Shown piece after piece: positions 12,161 to 22,504 of a stretch of DNA of 60,842 nucleotides. The DNA lies in assembly GCA_963766075.1 (NCBI GenBank), contig CAVYAN010000122.1, positions 1 to 60,842 of the forward strand, given 5' to 3'. Source of the stretch: an uncultured cyanobacterium (GTDB taxonomy: Bacteria; Cyanobacteriota; Cyanobacteriia; Leptolyngbyales; Leptolyngbyaceae). Numbering within the stretch: the first letter of the stretch is position 1; each line of letters starts with the position of its first letter. Under the pieces are notes generated by a model. It saw only the letters and a program-made list of their open reading frames with translations. It ran no database searches and had not been told where the DNA came from. The position numbers and the translations under genes are program-made.

Positions 12161-12225
12161 TTGGGGCGATTGGGGATTTTGGCGATTGGGGATTTTAGGC
12201 GGTTGGAGATTTTAGGCGATTGGGC
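12161..12225. repeat. STRR-like tandem repeat, ~15-16 bp unit GGCGATTGGGGATTTT
   Basis: Three full degenerate copies plus a partial fourth, in the intergenic region. Confidence 0.7.
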
Positions 12226-12502
12226 ATTGAGCTTGGGCGTTGGCTGGAGTGGCGATTGTCGCAGTAATCATCCCGTCCTACCGAATGGAAAGAAATTTAA
12301 AATTTCGGCAGGGAAATCGGGTCAGTGCGTAGATTTGCGGAATATAGAATTACACTATGCCAAAGTATGCCAAAGATCCGAATTTGTGTTATCCCTATGG
12401 GGCGCAGAACCGCATCTGGGCAATGCCTGGATTTAGACAACGTCGTCTAGATTCAGAGAAATCTAGAGGGTGAGCGACTGGCTTGAGGGCAATAGGACAC
12501 AC

Positions 12503-15500
12503 ATGGCTAATGTTAACAAAACGCACTTAGGGGTTACTCCCAGTTCGGGAGTCGAGGGTTCTTTGCCGCACTGGGTGCGAGAGGTGGTAGACCTGCCAAC
12601 GGCGCGGGTTCGGAGTCGCCTGCGGGGCAATAACTTACACCTTTTATTTGAATGTGAAGCATGCCCCCCGGCGGCGGTGCTGCTACCTAAGCTGCGGGCG
12701 GCACTGACTCACTCGTCCCTGGAGTGCTTTTTACCTGCGGGCTCTCCTCAAGTTTATCGTGTGGTTGTCTATGGGCGCGAAACTGCCCAAGCGTCCCCCC
12801 AATGGACAGAGTCCTTTGATCTAGCACCCGTGATATTGCCGCTGGTCCAGGTTTCGCAGAATCCTGTCTTGCAGAATCCGCTCTTGCAGGAGCCAGGTTT
12901 GCAGGAGTCAGTTTCGCAGGGACAAACGGGCCGAGCCACCGTGGTAGAAATGCCTGGACCCGAGACAAATGGGGCGGCTGCGCAGACTTCTATGCCGGGG
13001 TCCAGTCCCTCGGCTTTGGACTTGGCACGGCAAGGCCAGCCTGCCGCGATCGCCCATTATCTCAGCTCGAGCCTGAGCCATTTGGGCATCTCGATTCGGG
13101 CGCGGTTGCAGGTGCTGGAGGGCACTCAGTCCCCCGATGGCCGTGGCTTGCAGCAACTGACGATTTTGTGCGAAGCCGCGTATATTCCCGACCCCTTGCA
13201 ATTGGTCGAAGATTTAGCGAAACAGTTGCGAGAACTGGATCTGAAAGGATTTCGCGAAGCCCTCGTCTTTGGGCAGGTGCAGGGTGAAGCTAAGCCCGAA
13301 TGGGTGCTGCGGGTGGACTTGACGCCACCGGAACGACTGTTGCGCGAATGGGCGCGCTGGGGCGATGTGCAGGCCATTGTGCGGTTACTGAATCGGGCTT
13401 TGAAGTCACAGGATATCCAGGTTTCCGCATTACTGAAAGATATCACTCTCCACTTAACCTGTGGGACTCCCGGGGGTGTGGCTCCTGATCAGGCTGGGGC
13501 GATCGCGACCTTAGCCCCCCTCCTGACAGCCCTCAAACCCCAAGGCATCCACAGTGTGGCTATCTATGGGATTGTGACGCCGGTTGCTGCCGCACCGGCT
13601 ACGCTCGAACCCGTCGCGGTGGAGCCCACCTCCATGGATCCGAATGCTGATACGCCCCTTTGGGTCCATTGGCTGGATTTACCTGCCAGTCGGCAACCCC
13701 ATCTGGGCACTGCGACCCTGACCTTGGCGCAACAGGGCAACTTAGAAGCACTGACATTTTTACTGAATCGCCTATTAAACCCTCAGTTAGATCGCATGCT
13801 GACTACGGGCGGGGTCCGTGCCCAGGTGCGGCAAAAGGCGGATGTGCTGCATATCATGACGGATGCGCTGAACTGTCCCCCCCAGAAGCAAGTGGCCCAG
13901 GTCATTGGCAGGTTTATGCAGCCGTTACAGATTCCGGGGTTAGTGGGTATTCGGGTCTATGGGCGCAAGGCGGGGCAAAAACTGCCGCTCTGGAACCAGG
14001 GCATCGATTTTGTGGCGCGGGGGCGTTTAGTCCCGGAGGCGACACCCGAATTTTCGGCGTCGGATGCCTATGTTGGCGATTTACTGACGCCAGCGGGGCC
14101 ACTGGTGGTGTACGCAGATGCGAATGTGCCGGACTGGCAAACAGCGCTGGGGCGGCGGTTAGAGGCTTGGCGGCAGTGGATTCAACGATCGCTAGTACAG
14201 TCCCAGGTGTTTATCCTGCAGGACGGTCGGCGCTGGGAAACTGCTACACCTGGGGAGTCAGCCGTCTCCCCTAAGCTATCGGATCAGCGCCAGACCGTTG
14301 CTCTGGTGTGGGGGGCGATCGGGACATTACTCGTGGTGCAATCCGATTGGGTGCTGGGCTGGAGCCTGCGCGCCACCCCTACTCCTAAGCCCCAAGCCCA
14401 GCCTGCCGCCGCTGTTGCCACACCGCGTTCTACTGCTGTGGCAGCGCCTCCCGCAGTGCCGTCGCCTCTACCGAAGTTGATCCTCAAAAAATCCAAGCCG
14501 GGAGGAGAGTCCGCAGGGGGCGAGGCCACCTTTAATAACACAGGATTTACCACGCCAGGGGAAACGGTGCTGACCACTGCGAGCGTGGACGCCAAGCCTT
14601 TTACGGCATCGCCGCTGTTTCCCAAGGCCCCGGAACGGGACCATACCGATGCCTATCCCACGTTTAATAGTCGGCAAATCGATGAAAAGCTGGCGCTGTA
14701 TCAGCAGTACATGGCCGAAAATGGCGGTGCGCCGGAGGTGCTGGTCGTGGGTAGCTCACGGGCCTTGCGGGGAGTCGATCCTGCTGCCCTGCGCCAGTTT
14801 GTGGCGGCCCAGGGCTATGGCAAGGTGCGTGTGTTTAACTTTGGGATTAATGGCGCAACGGCACAGGTGGTGGATGTGCTGGTGCGGCAAATGATTCCCC
14901 AGGAGGCATTGCCTAAGATTATTATCTGGGCCGATGGTGCTCGGGCATTTAACAGTGGTCGAGAGGATATCACGTTTAATGCGATCGCCGCATCTCCCGG
15001 TTTTAAAATGCTGGCCGCGGGCAAACCACCGATTCCGGGCCAAGCGACAAACTCCTTAGCGCGGTCATTACCGACCTCGACGGCGCGGCTGTCCCAGGCC
15101 ACGCCATCGAGTGCCGCAGGCAGCGCGTCCAGCGCCTATGATCAGTTGAATCAAGTCCTGGAGCAGGGTGTGGGGCGCTGGTTTATTACCTATCCGCAGC
15201 GCGATCGCCTCAAAACGGTGCTCCGGGACCAGCTCGCTGCTGTGTTGCCTAAAGATAAGACCGTAGATCCAAGCAATTGGGCCGATGCAACCAGTCCTTC
15301 CGCCGCTGCGGCCAATACTCCTGGTTCTGTTCTCACGGCGGGCCAGGATAAATTTGATATTCATGGCTTTTTGCCGCTGCCCAATCGGTTTAATCCTGTG
15401 ACCTACTATCAGAAATACGCCAGAGTCTCGGGGGATTTTGATTCGGACTATCAAGAATTTGGGCTCAAAGGTGCCCAGGCCAACGCGTTGATCTCCCTGG

Positions 15501-15784
15501 CCCAGTTTGCCCAGGCCCGCCAGATGTCTCTGGTATTTGTTAATTTACCCTTAACGGATGACTACCTAGATGGAACCCGTCGTCGCCATGAGGAGGTGTT
15601 TCAGCAATCAATGCTGCAACTTTCGGCTCAGACGGGCTTCCTATACCGCGATTTAAGTGGCATTTTGCTGACAAAAAATGACTTTTTCTCCGACCCTAGC
15701 CATCTGAATCGCTATGGGGGGTATGAAGTGTCTCGTCGTCTGGCCCAGGATGCCATGATTCCCTGGAATCATGCTCGTCAGTAG
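12503..15784 (+). CDS. large membrane-anchored protein with repeated N-terminal modules and a C-terminal DUF1574/SGNH-like domain
   Basis: VVGSSRALRG, FNFGINGATA and FSDPSHLNRYG SGNH-like blocks; one central hydrophobic segment. Confidence 0.75.
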   Translation: MANVNKTHLGVTPSSGVEGSLPHWVREVVDLPTARVRSRLRGNNLHLLFECEACPPAAVLLPKLRAALTHSSLECFLPAGSPQVYRVVVYGRETAQASPQWTESFDLAPVILPLVQVSQNPVLQNPLLQEPGLQESVSQGQTGRATVVEMPGPETNGAAAQTSMPGSSPSALDLARQGQPAAIAHYLSSSLSHLGISIRARLQVLEGTQSPDGRGLQQLTILCEAAYIPDPLQLVEDLAKQLRELDLKGFREALVFGQVQGEAKPEWVLRVDLTPPERLLREWARWGDVQAIVRLLNRALKSQDIQVSALLKDITLHLTCGTPGGVAPDQAGAIATLAPLLTALKPQGIHSVAIYGIVTPVAAAPATLEPVAVEPTSMDPNADTPLWVHWLDLPASRQPHLGTATLTLAQQGNLEALTFLLNRLLNPQLDRMLTTGGVRAQVRQKADVLHIMTDALNCPPQKQVAQVIGRFMQPLQIPGLVGIRVYGRKAGQKLPLWNQGIDFVARGRLVPEATPEFSASDAYVGDLLTPAGPLVVYADANVPDWQTALGRRLEAWRQWIQRSLVQSQVFILQDGRRWETATPGESAVSPKLSDQRQTVALVWGAIGTLLVVQSDWVLGWSLRATPTPKPQAQPAAAVATPRSTAVAAPPAVPSPLPKLILKKSKPGGESAGGEATFNNTGFTTPGETVLTTASVDAKPFTASPLFPKAPERDHTDAYPTFNSRQIDEKLALYQQYMAENGGAPEVLVVGSSRALRGVDPAALRQFVAAQGYGKVRVFNFGINGATAQVVDVLVRQMIPQEALPKIIIWADGARAFNSGREDITFNAIAASPGFKMLAAGKPPIPGQATNSLARSLPTSTARLSQATPSSAAGSASSAYDQLNQVLEQGVGRWFITYPQRDRLKTVLRDQLAAVLPKDKTVDPSNWADATSPSAAAANTPGSVLTAGQDKFDIHGFLPLPNRFNPVTYYQKYARVSGDFDSDYQEFGLKGAQANALISLAQFAQARQMSLVFVNLPLTDDYLDGTRRRHEEVFQQSMLQLSAQTGFLYRDLSGILLTKNDFFSDPSHLNRYGGYEVSRRLAQDAMIPWNHARQ

Positions 15785-15891
15785 GTGTGTGCAATAGCGG
15801 GTTCTGGATAGCCATCCTGCCCTGAATCCAACCCGGTTTATCCCCAAACCGGGTTGGGAGTAAACCCAGCTCGGGGTTAAATCATTTGGGG

Positions 15892-16089
15892 TTAAATCAA
15901 TTGTGGGGAGACAGGCACATCGTCCCAAGAGGCAGGCTGTTGGAACTGGGAGCCTTGGCGCGATCGCCGACGGTATTCCTCAGTTACCAAAGGGGGCATC
16001 TCTGTCCAGCAGGTTCGGCAAAACCAGGAGAGTGAGCCATGACGATACTGGCGCAATAGGCGATCGGCACAGCAAGGGCAATGAGTCAT
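15892..16089 (-). CDS. small Cys-rich zinc-ribbon-like protein
   Basis: CPCC...WFCRTC motif; GAGG RBS upstream. Confidence 0.7.
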   Translation of the reverse strand: MTHCPCCADRLLRQYRHGSLSWFCRTCWTEMPPLVTEEYRRRSRQGSQFQQPASWDDVPVSPQLI

Positions 16090-16343
16090 GGCGGATATCC
16101 TCTAGAGCGGGTCTAAGGTGAAGATACCCACCAAACTTGAGGAACCTGTGAGGACATCTCGAAGGATTACCAATCTGTGATGTTTCAATATATTTTGAAA
16201 CTTTCTGTTACCCCAATGGGTTCCATGGCCTTTTTGTTACTCCAAGCCTTTTCGTTCCTCCAAGCCTTTTTGTTACTCCAATAGGTTCCATTGCTTCAGC
16301 GAATTTTGTGGTTTTCACCCACGCCAGAGCTGCTCGTCCCGTC

Positions 16344-16670
16344 CTAATTCACATAGGGTTCCACCAGTAGCTCCAATTGCTTGCGGGTGACGGCTCCTTC
16401 CAAAGACTCTAGTAGCGTCCCCGCTTTGAAGACACGAAAGGCCGGCACACCCTCGACTTTGCAAAGCGTCCGGGCGTTGGGATTGGGATCCACTTCCATT
16501 TTGACGATTTTGAGGCGATCGCCGTACTCGGCGGCGAGTTTGTCGGCGATGGGATACATCAGGCGACAAGGCCCACACCAAGGTGCCCAAAAGTAGACCA
16601 GAACCGGCTGGTCAGCTTTAACGACTTCGGTTTCAAACTCTGCATCTGAGATGACGATCACGCTACTCAT
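16344..16670 (-). CDS. thioredoxin (probably x-type)
   Basis: PVLVYFWAPWCGPC active site. Confidence 0.92.
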   Translation of the reverse strand: MSSVIVISDAEFETEVVKADQPVLVYFWAPWCGPCRLMYPIADKLAAEYGDRLKIVKMEVDPNPNARTLCKVEGVPAFRVFKAGTLLESLEGAVTRKQLELLVEPYVN

Positions 16671-17051
16671 GGGTTAATTTTCGGGGGTGAATGCTTGGGG
16701 ATTAATTTTCGGAGAAGTAATGCTGCGTGAAAAATAGTGCCCCAGTATCTTCTCTTGTTTTAGGACAGCAAGGCAAATGGGAAATATTGGGATGGAGAAT
16801 TGTCTCCATAGAAAATCCCCCGGGACTGGCAACGGTACGGCACAAACCGAGGCGGCCAGCAACCTAAGGCCGCCAGCCGCCAGAATTCCAAAACGACCGC
16901 AGGGACTTGAAGGTGATTAAGAGCCGCCCCAGGCTGAGGGTAGAGCGGCGTCGAAACCCCAATGTGGACGCGTCTTATATCTTGAATTCACTGCCAAATC
17001 CCTCACTCCTGGATGCTGCCTTCTGGATGCCCTATCGGCTCTGGAGGCAAG

Positions 17052-17855
17052 CTATAGCTGATCCAGTTTTTTCTTCAGGTCTTCTAGCTCAGCATCCACA
17101 ACTTCGTTCTGCACAGCGTCCTGAGGGGCCGTAGGAGCCGGAGCGGTGGCGGGAGCGGCAGTGGCCGTGCCGGAGATCTGGGCCTGGGGTTGAGAACTGC
17201 CAAGCACAGAGGCTTTTAGGGCCGCTAGCTCGTCATCCACATTGCTGCCCGATTCCAACAGGGCAAACTGACTCTCCAGATCCGCACCAGCCAGTTCAGC
17301 AGAGGCTTGAGATCGAGCTTCCATTTGCAGAACTTTATCTTCCATACGCTCAAAGGCCGACATGGCAGACCCTGTGCTCATATTGCCCACGACTTGCTGT
17401 AACTGCTCATTGGCTTTGGCGGCACTAGCACGGGCACGCAGCATATCCTTTTTGGTCTTGGCCTCAGAAATCTTGCCTTCTAGGGCAATCAGATTTTTCT
17501 TCAGCGTATCCACCATCTGCACCTGCTGGTCCAACTGGGTTTTGAGGCTGGTGGCGGTATCACTGTGGGTTTTCTTGCGGACTAGGGCTTCCCGTGCCAG
17601 TCCCTCGTCCCCTTTTTGGAGCGCCAGTTGGGCGCGCTGCTGCCAGTTGTTGGATTCGGTGCTGGCTTGGTTGTATTGCTGTTCAGTCCGCTTTTGGCTG
17701 GCGATCGCGCTGGCAACGGCTTGACGCATTTGCACCAAGTCTTCTTGCATATCCATCACGGCTTGCTCGAGAACCTTTTCAGGATCTTCGGCTTTGCTCA
17801 CCATGTCGTTGACGTTGGCACGCACTACGCGGCTAATCCGGTCGAATAATCCCAT
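17052..17855 (-). CDS. vipp1: PspA/IM30 family protein Vipp1
   Basis: MGLFDRISRVVRAN, AEDPEK, AFERME and the C-terminal extension helix VDAELEDLKKKLDQL. Confidence 0.92.
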   Translation of the reverse strand: MGLFDRISRVVRANVNDMVSKAEDPEKVLEQAVMDMQEDLVQMRQAVASAIASQKRTEQQYNQASTESNNWQQRAQLALQKGDEGLAREALVRKKTHSDTATSLKTQLDQQVQMVDTLKKNLIALEGKISEAKTKKDMLRARASAAKANEQLQQVVGNMSTGSAMSAFERMEDKVLQMEARSQASAELAGADLESQFALLESGSNVDDELAALKASVLGSSQPQAQISGTATAAPATAPAPTAPQDAVQNEVVDAELEDLKKKLDQL

Positions 17856-18092
17856 GACTCCAATTCCTTTTGGTTGTTCTTAGCGGGTTCTCAGCGAAGA
17901 AGGCTACTTACAGTGTAAAAACTTCACGGAGCGATCGCTCGTTTACGGGGAAATTTTTACGTTGGATTTTACACCCAAAAATAGGCGGTTCTCCCCATTG
18001 AGGCTAACATGTCTGACCGACAGGGGCACGATTCCAGCCAGACCCACCCTCCGGCCCGGTCAATTTTTCCTGTTTAATGCGTCCCTCGTGCC

Positions 18093-19520
18093 CTAGGGCT
18101 TGTGGAGTCGAGTGGCAAAATTTTGCGATCGCGTAGGGGACAGCTCTCTGGCCTTCAAAATCGCTGCCGCTAGAAAAGCATAGGATAGGACTCCCACAAA
18201 GGCCAAAACTACGGGACTAATCGCCCCCGTAGCATTCCACAGGGCATGCAATCCCGATGCCGTCAGGTAGCCCACACCCAAAATGGTCCAGCGCTGTCGA
18301 GGCCGCAACACGCTTAATCCAATGAAGTAGCCCAGGTAGCCGCTGTAGGCCATGTGTCCAGCCACGGAACCAAGCACCCGAGGAATCAACAGTTGCAGAC
18401 TGGCCAATTGGGCTGCATTTTCCCCGGCGTTGATTGCTGCCTTATAGGTTTCTGGGACGTATTGACCCAAGGTTTCCAGTAGGGTGAATCCCACCGCAGA
18501 AGCCGCCCCCAGCAAAATGCCATCCAGGGGTTCCCATACCCCCAAGCGCTCGCGCAGTGGAGACCTGAGCTGGGTACCCAGAAGAAAGATAGCCAGAATG
18601 GGCAGTGCCTTCAGGAGCTCTTCCATCAGCCCCGCCCCAAAGAACATCTTGAACAGCAGCAGGGGAAAACTCAGCGGCACCCCCCCCGAAATTTTTCCCG
18701 GCAACACCTCCCGAAAGATGTAAATAAAGGCATCTAAAGCGGGACTGACCAGCAGCAACGCCGTCATTCCCGCTGCGCTGGCCAAGAGCCACCAGGGCTT
18801 ATGCTTGCCACAAAGCTGGTAGATGAAGAAATAGGCAGAGCCGGAAATATAGGCGGCCAGTAGGAGGTTAAACCAAAAGGCATCGCCTACCGCTAAAAAG
18901 AGCAGGACCACGCAGGCAACGGTGAGAATTCCAGGCAGCAGATAGGCTTTTTGTGTGAGCTGGCGACCCGTTGAGAAAATGGGAAAAAGATGGGTGAGGC
19001 TGATGGATTCTGAGTCCCGCCGTCGCTGGGATGAGTGGGGGGGCACGGCATCCGGTGGGAGGGTATCGTGGAGGGGCACGGGCGAGGAGGACAGGCGGGG
19101 CAAGTGTGCTCCCCGAGAATTGGCCTGCCCGGTGACGGGGGCAGCATCGGCACTGACATGGAGTTCAAATACTAAGTCGGGACCGTTGCGGCCTAGGGTG
19201 ATGCGATCGCCCGCTTGGAGGACTTGGCAGCCTTGAACGCGCTGGCCATTGAGAAACGTGCCATTGGCGCTGCCCAAATCACACACCTGCCAATAACGAA
19301 TCCCATCCGGGGTCTGGAACCCCAAAATTGGACTAATTTCAGCGTGCCGCCGCGATACCGTGCGATGAATCAGGGGATCAATCACAATATCGCAGCGGGG
19401 ATCACGCCCCAGGATAATGGTGTTCGTATCCGACAGCCCATAGGAGGGATGCCGCTGCTCCTCGGCACCATCCGGGGGGAGCTGGCGTAAAACGGCGGAG
19501 TAGCGATCGGGACTCGGCAT
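18093..19520 (-). CDS. FHA domain fused to a PrsW-family intramembrane metalloprotease
   Basis: FHA: LGRDP, VSRRHA, DLGSANGTFLNG. PrsW: EELLK, FTLLE, GHMAYS, LHALWN. Confidence 0.88.
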   Translation of the reverse strand: MPSPDRYSAVLRQLPPDGAEEQRHPSYGLSDTNTIILGRDPRCDIVIDPLIHRTVSRRHAEISPILGFQTPDGIRYWQVCDLGSANGTFLNGQRVQGCQVLQAGDRITLGRNGPDLVFELHVSADAAPVTGQANSRGAHLPRLSSSPVPLHDTLPPDAVPPHSSQRRRDSESISLTHLFPIFSTGRQLTQKAYLLPGILTVACVVLLFLAVGDAFWFNLLLAAYISGSAYFFIYQLCGKHKPWWLLASAAGMTALLLVSPALDAFIYIFREVLPGKISGGVPLSFPLLLFKMFFGAGLMEELLKALPILAIFLLGTQLRSPLRERLGVWEPLDGILLGAASAVGFTLLETLGQYVPETYKAAINAGENAAQLASLQLLIPRVLGSVAGHMAYSGYLGYFIGLSVLRPRQRWTILGVGYLTASGLHALWNATGAISPVVLAFVGVLSYAFLAAAILKARELSPTRSQNFATRLHKP

Positions 19521-19682
19521 CTTCAGGGAGTTCTCGTCAGGTTTCCCTGTCTACATACATGCCCCAATTCTATACTGGCAAGGGTGGGTTTACGGAATCT
19601 ATATTCAACGTCAAGAAGTTTAGATTTTGGATTTTGACTTGATTCCGGAGTCCTGTGGCCGGACGGTGATCCAGAGCGGCTT

Positions 19683-19880
19683 CTACTGGTTGGCTCGGGC
19701 GTCGCGGATGGCCGCTAGAAGGGCGATGACAACAACGGGCGTGCTGATCACCAGAATGATGCTGGTTAGGACAGTGCCGTATTCTGGGTTGCCGGAAGAC
19801 AACTCGAATATGCTGCCCACAGCGGCGATCGCGGCTACACAAGACAAAGCCAGCAACGCCCCACTTTTGGGAGTCATCAT
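19683..19880 (-). CDS. small two-TM membrane protein
   Basis: Two hydrophobic helices around GSIFELSSGNPEYG; downstream of def. Confidence 0.7.
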   Translation of the reverse strand: MMTPKSGALLALSCVAAIAAVGSIFELSSGNPEYGTVLTSIILVISTPVVVIALLAAIRDARANQ

Positions 19881-20003
19881 AATCGTTACCCTATTGCTAA
19901 ATTATTTGCTAAATTATTTCAACGGAATTTTTAAGATAACGGGCTGGAGACGACTGGCTTAAGACAACCTGCTAAGACGGCCCGTCAGCCCCACGGGAGC
20001 CTC

Positions 20004-20567
20004 TCAGCGGACGGGCTGCACTGATTTCGTGGAAAACCCATGTTTGACCAGTTCCTGGGTGAGGAGCAATTGATTGTCCACCCGGTCTACAAACAAAACG
20101 CCATTCAAGTGGTCAATTTCGTGCTGGATACAGCAGGCTAGCAAGCCATCGGCCTCCAGTTTTTGGGGACGGCCCTGCTCATCTTTGTAGGTCACGATGA
20201 TTTCCGCAGGCCGTTTGACGTCTAGGTATACGTTGGGAATGCTGAGGCATCCTTCCTGGTTGATGACTGGATCACCACTGAGTTTTTGAATGACAGGATT
20301 AATCAGAATTAGGGGTGGCGTAGCGGCTTCATCGGGGTTTACATCCACGACGATCAGTTGCTTGTGAATGCCGACCTGGGGCGCAGCCAGCCCAATACCG
20401 TCAGCGCTGTACATGGTTTGCAGCATTTGCTTGACCAATTGGCGCACTTCGGCGTCTACTTTGGCAACGCGCTTGGCCGGGAGCCGGAGAACGCGATCGC
20501 CCAGGCTGTGAATATCCAGGGGGGGCTTCTTTAACTTTTTCTTTTCGACCAAAACCTCAGCAGCCAT
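20004..20567 (-). CDS. def: peptide deformylase
   Basis: GIGLAAPQVG, EGCLS and QHEIDHLNG. Confidence 0.97.
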   Translation of the reverse strand: MAAEVLVEKKKLKKPPLDIHSLGDRVLRLPAKRVAKVDAEVRQLVKQMLQTMYSADGIGLAAPQVGIHKQLIVVDVNPDEAATPPLILINPVIQKLSGDPVINQEGCLSIPNVYLDVKRPAEIIVTYKDEQGRPQKLEADGLLACCIQHEIDHLNGVLFVDRVDNQLLLTQELVKHGFSTKSVQPVR

Positions 20568-20866
20568 GCGTTTAATTACCCGCCCTTAATTTCTAATTGT
20601 GGTGTCTAATCTGGAGTGAGCCCAGTGGAGTGAGCCAAGGTCGGAATCATTCCGCCTTGAGCCTCCATTGTAGCGAATCTAGGCATGCGAATTTGGTGGA
20701 AGTGCGGCGAAATGCATCAGAGTGTCTTGCTCGAAATATTTTGCTCGAAGTCGCACCTTTTAAAACATGCTGCGGCTTAAGAAACTGTCTAATAAATTAC
20801 AGATTTCGTTTTTACCTTGTATAATGCTCGCGATAGTAAGTTTTTTAGGAAAAGGGATTGTCTGCT

Positions 20867-21274
20867 ATGGCACGTTCTGGCGGTTTTTTCGCTGATTTTC
20901 AACAATTCATCATGCAGGGCAACGTGGTTGACCTAGCTGTTGCGGTGATTATCGGCGGGGCCTTTGGCAAAATTATCGAGTCTTTCGTCGCCGACATCGT
21001 GACTCCAGCCATTTTGAGCCCCGTATTGTCCCAAATGAAGCTGAATGACCTGAAAGATCTCTCTTTGAATGGCATTAAGTACGGCTCTTTTTTGGCCGCG
21101 GTGATCAACTTTGCGGTGATTGCGTTCTCGATTTTCGTCATGGTGCGGGCCTTAGAAAAGGCTAAGAATATGAGAAAGCGCGAAGAGGCGGCGGGCATTG
21201 TTCCCCCCGATCCCCAAGAGCGGATGACCTCTGCTATGGAACGGTTGGCAGCGGTGATGGAACAGCGGCAATAG
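20867..21274 (+). CDS. mscL: large-conductance mechanosensitive channel
   Basis: GNVVDLAVAVIIGGAFGKI and YGSFLAAVINF. Confidence 0.95.
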   Translation: MARSGGFFADFQQFIMQGNVVDLAVAVIIGGAFGKIIESFVADIVTPAILSPVLSQMKLNDLKDLSLNGIKYGSFLAAVINFAVIAFSIFVMVRALEKAKNMRKREEAAGIVPPDPQERMTSAMERLAAVMEQRQ

Positions 21275-21421
21275 GTGGCTAGGTTTGCTAGGGAAGGAAT
21301 TCTTTGGCTAAATCCTCTCACTAAATCGAGAAGACTGTTGCATCTTGTAACAACTGCTTCACCTCTGCGGCGTTTTGGCGGAAATTGGAAAGCGATAGAC
21401 CCCTAAAGGAGTTTTCATACA

Positions 21422-21517
21422 ATGGCTTTATCGGATACTCAAATCTTTGCTGCGTTGTTGATTGCCTTAATTCCCGGCATTCTGGCGTTTCGTCTTTCAA
21501 CAGAACTGTATAAGTAA
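21422..21517 (+). CDS. psaM: photosystem I subunit XII (absent from the ORF track)
   Basis: Hand translation gives [40 protein letters not shown] upstream. Confidence 0.95.
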   Translation: MALSDTQIFAALLIALIPGILAFRLSTELYK

Positions 21518-21542
21518 GCATCTTCTGTAGAATCACAGAGAT

Positions 21543-21646
21543 CCTGTTTTGGTGATTTGGTTCTACAATTGCTCAGCGCGATTCGCTAAACCCTGGTGAA
21601 TCCTTGAGCGGCTGTAGAACTAGATGATCAAAGCAGGCTTTTTTTT
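21543..21646 (+). terminator. long stem-loop plus U8 tract downstream of psaM
   Basis: Arms 21543-21575 and 21605-21637 pair, with G-U wobbles; followed by tttttttt. Confidence 0.65.
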
Positions 21647-21759
21647 CCACCCCGCCCCTGGCGTCGCTGGTTCAAAAAGATCGGTTTCAATCGGTTTAAA
21701 CAGTTGCCAGATCGGTCTTCATTGACTTTAATGGAGCAGACTCAATCTCTAGAGCGCGT

Positions 21760-21824
21760 CTAGATTGAACTCAGCCTAGATTAAATTCAGCCTAATTGGA
21801 TTTAGCCTAGATTGGATTTAGCTA
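21760..21824. repeat. four tandem ~15-16 bp units (tagattggatttagcc-like)
   Basis: Directly visible degenerate tandem copies. Confidence 0.7.
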
Positions 21825-21883
21825 TGTGGACTAACGATCAGGCCCGAATCTCTCGTGTTGATTGCTGGAGCGGATAATTCATT

Positions 21884-22375
21884 ATGTATGCCCTGAAACG
21901 ACCGCTAAACTCGCCGCTCCCCGCTCCACCGATCGCTGCCCCGTCTCAGGTTGCTCCGTCCCCGGATGGCCAGCGGCGGGTTCGGTCCCGTGCGGCGCAT
22001 CGACCATTGCCCCACCGGGTCATCGCATTGGAAACAACCGTCAAACTCTCAATGAATCTGGGTTTGTCTGCGGTGGCGATCGCGGCCTTGGTTCACCTGA
22101 TTCCCCACCAGCTTTCCCAGCACGCAAGATTGCAGGAGTTGCAAGTCGCCAGCAAGGTCTCGAATGATCGCCTGCGCAGCGTGGAAAATAATTTTCAGCA
22201 TTACTTTGATCCCTACCAGTCGCGGGCGATCATGGCCGAGCAAACCAACCGTGTGGATCCGAGGGAAAAGACGGTGGTGTTGCAGCGTCCCAGCACTGGC
22301 AGCCTCGGCTATCAGATTAATAATTGGCAGGACCTATCGCAGCAGCGGGTAGAGCGTTCGGCCACGGGCTATTAG
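21884..22375 (+). CDS. Slr1601-like putative cell-division protein
   Basis: One TM helix, a coiled coil and a YFDP motif; sits beside psaM, as I recall for this family. Confidence 0.6.
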   Translation: MYALKRPLNSPLPAPPIAAPSQVAPSPDGQRRVRSRAAHRPLPHRVIALETTVKLSMNLGLSAVAIAALVHLIPHQLSQHARLQELQVASKVSNDRLRSVENNFQHYFDPYQSRAIMAEQTNRVDPREKTVVLQRPSTGSLGYQINNWQDLSQQRVERSATGY

Positions 22376-22504
22376 GGCACCGTTGGTTGCGCCTGTGCCT
22401 CGGGAAGCTTTGGCGTTGAGGGCTTTTTGCTGAAGGATTTTGTGCTGAACTGGCAAAATTGCGCAAAATTAAAGAGGTAAGAGCATCTACTGGGTGGCAT
22501 CGGC

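Noticed and set aside
21321..21536. 71-aa minus-strand ORF
   Set aside because: Antisense shadow of psaM.
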